This document shows, piece by piece, positions 37,021 through 39,002 of a stretch of DNA of 39,002 nt (positions within the stretch are counted from its first letter, which is position 1; each line of letters begins with the position of its first letter). Where the stretch lies: positions 71,633,411 through 71,672,412 of the forward strand of contig NC_068987.1 of assembly GCF_001194135.2 (NCBI RefSeq), read 5' to 3'. The stretch comes from Octopus bimaculoides (taxonomy: Eukaryota). A program made the translations under genes and the position numbers. The notes under the pieces are model-generated. The model made no database searches. It was not told where the DNA came from and was given only the letters and a program-made list of their open reading frames with translations.

Positions 37021-38139
37021 GATGTGGTGGATGAGGGTAGGGTTAATATCTTGTTTAGATTTTGCACTCCTGTAGATATTGCCCAGCAGCTACTGTCTTC
37101 TTGTGCCGGTAGTGAATGGCATTTAGAAGTGGGCGGAATGGATTTGGGTAGCGGTGAGAGACAGAACAGAGTCGGCGTGAGTGTAGGCAGGGGAGAGGCG
37201 GCTGGAATGGTGCTGCCAAAGGATGCGCGTCTCCATCCTACCAACCAGAATAGGTCGGACCCGGTCATTTTGATAATACAATGACTCATGTTTGGAACCG
37301 GATAAATGATGGCAGAGTAGAAGGCAAGAACAATGTGTAACGTAGAATTGTGTGGCGGCATTGGCGGCATTGGCGGCAATGGTGGGATGGTAGCGGCGGC
37401 GGTGGTGATGGTGGTGGTATTGGCGGCGGCAATGGTGGGAGAAAAATACTGCAAACAAGGGAGATAAGAATGGAAGCAGGTGGGGAGAAGGGAAAAAAAG
37501 AGAAGGAAATGGTTTTTAAAATGGTAGAGAGGAAGGAAGGAATGCAATGAGATGAAAAGAAGCAGGATGAAAAAGAACATGAATGGCGAAGAACGAAATG
37601 TGAGAAAAGAAGCCAGACGGAGAAGAGGCTGAGAGAAAAGGTGAGCGTTAGTGGGTTGATGGGGGATACAGTGGAACGAGAGGACAGATAAAAGAAGGGT
37701 GAATGAGAGGGAAATATATTGACGAAGTTGAATGGTATTATTTGAAATTCTGTAGAAGAGGAATTAGTAAACGTAAAGGAAAATAGGAAGAGGCAGTAAA
37801 TGATGAGCGAGGTATTAAGTCACACATGTAAAAGGAAAGTCATGTTTACGGAGACATAAGTGAAAGTGGCTTTAAGTAGGAATCGAAACCGCGTTATACA
37901 CATGCTATTGCACCTTGTCAGTCACTACTCAAAAGTAATACAAAGTTATTGCTTCTAAAACCGAAACAATAACTTTCTGACATAACTTCTTGCCCACTTT
38001 GTGAAGGGAAAATGGCGAATTCACACGTTTACTCGTTAATTTTATTTCTTACTGAGGCACAACGGCTCAAATGTAATAGACGTGTTTAGTCTATTAGATT
38101 GCTTACAGTACTCAATCAACTGATATTGTGTTATCGACA

Positions 38140-38430
38140 ACGGAAGCGTGAAAGTAATAGTTGACCTTGGCAGGATTTGAACTCAGAGCGCAAATTTTGT
38201 CAAAATATTCTTTTTCTATAGGCACAAGGCTTAGAATATTGGGGGAGTGAGGTTAGTCGATTACATGAACCCTTGTACTTAACTGGTACTTATTTTATTG
38301 ACTAGAAAAGGATGAAAGGTTAAAGTGACCTCGGCGATATTTGAAATCAAAACGTAAAGCACTGAAAGAAATGCCACAAAGCGCTTTAGCATTTTATCCC
38401 TTGCGCTAACAAACCTGCCAGTACGCCTCA
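38140..38430 (-). mobile_element. SINE family A: fragment (38140-38200) plus near-full copy (38208-38430)
   Basis: GGATGAAAGGTTAAAGTGACCTCGGCGATATTTGAAATC..GCTAACAAACCTGCCAG. Confidence 0.82.
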
Positions 38431-38659
38431 TTAATTTTGTCAAAATATTAGTTTCAAAGTTTGGAACAAGGTCGGTAATTTCAGACGAGCGGGTGTCATC
38501 TGTCTTGGTGCACAATTTCTATCGCTGAAGTTTGATACAATTTCTAACAGACATACAAAATGACAACTATTTCCTTTTTATAAGGGTAGAGACAGTCAAT
38601 GATATTGCTCCAGGATTTAATTAGTATTTATTCTAATGATAGCAAAAAGATAAAAAGTA

Positions 38660-38853
38660 AAAGGCCCTAAATTGTGGGGGAGGATGCCTGTGGATTAGGT
38701 CGACCCTAGTACGGAACTGGTACTTAATTTATCAACCGCGATAGGATGAAAGGCAAAGTCGACCTCGGCGGAATTTCAACTCAGAACGTTAAGACAGGCG
38801 AAATTCCGCTAAGCATTTCTCCAGCGTACTAACGTTTCTGCCAGCTCACCGCC
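38660..38853 (-). mobile_element. SINE family A
   Basis: GGATGAAAGGCAAAGTCGACCTCGGCGGAATTTCAACTCAGAAC..TTCTGCCAGCTCACCGCCT. Confidence 0.9.
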
Positions 38854-39002
38854 TATATGTATCAAATACATTATAATATAGGTAGCTATAGCAATTAAAA
38901 ACCAAAAACGTAAAATTCATAAATAAGGGTGAAAGCAGCACCTGCAATTGCTTGAAATAGGAGCTAAAAAGTATTCGAGTTATATTTTTAAGCTCGTACA
39001 TC

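Overview
39-kb AT-rich, microsatellite-dense animal sequence with 10 N-gaps. The SINE sequences resemble those I recall from Octopus genomes, so the source is probably a cephalopod (inference, not database-checked). I find no confidently identifiable host protein-coding gene or structural RNA gene. Most ORF-track entries are translations of simple repeats, and several GC-richer exon-like patches are decayed transposons. Supported content: many copies of three tRNA-derived SINE families, an unclassified interspersed repeat, RTE-type LINE 3' fragments, a mariner transposase fragment, a Penelope-like GIY-YIG endonuclease fragment, hAT-like non-autonomous elements, a MITE with 19-bp TIRs and a short interstitial (CCCTAA)n tract. 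The most interesting unexplained structures are two near-perfect hairpins (11051-11106, 20104-20221), a tandem/inverted SINE cluster (34.1-36.1 kb) and a few low-confidence candidate exons. I see no convincing evidence of a novel multi-gene system.
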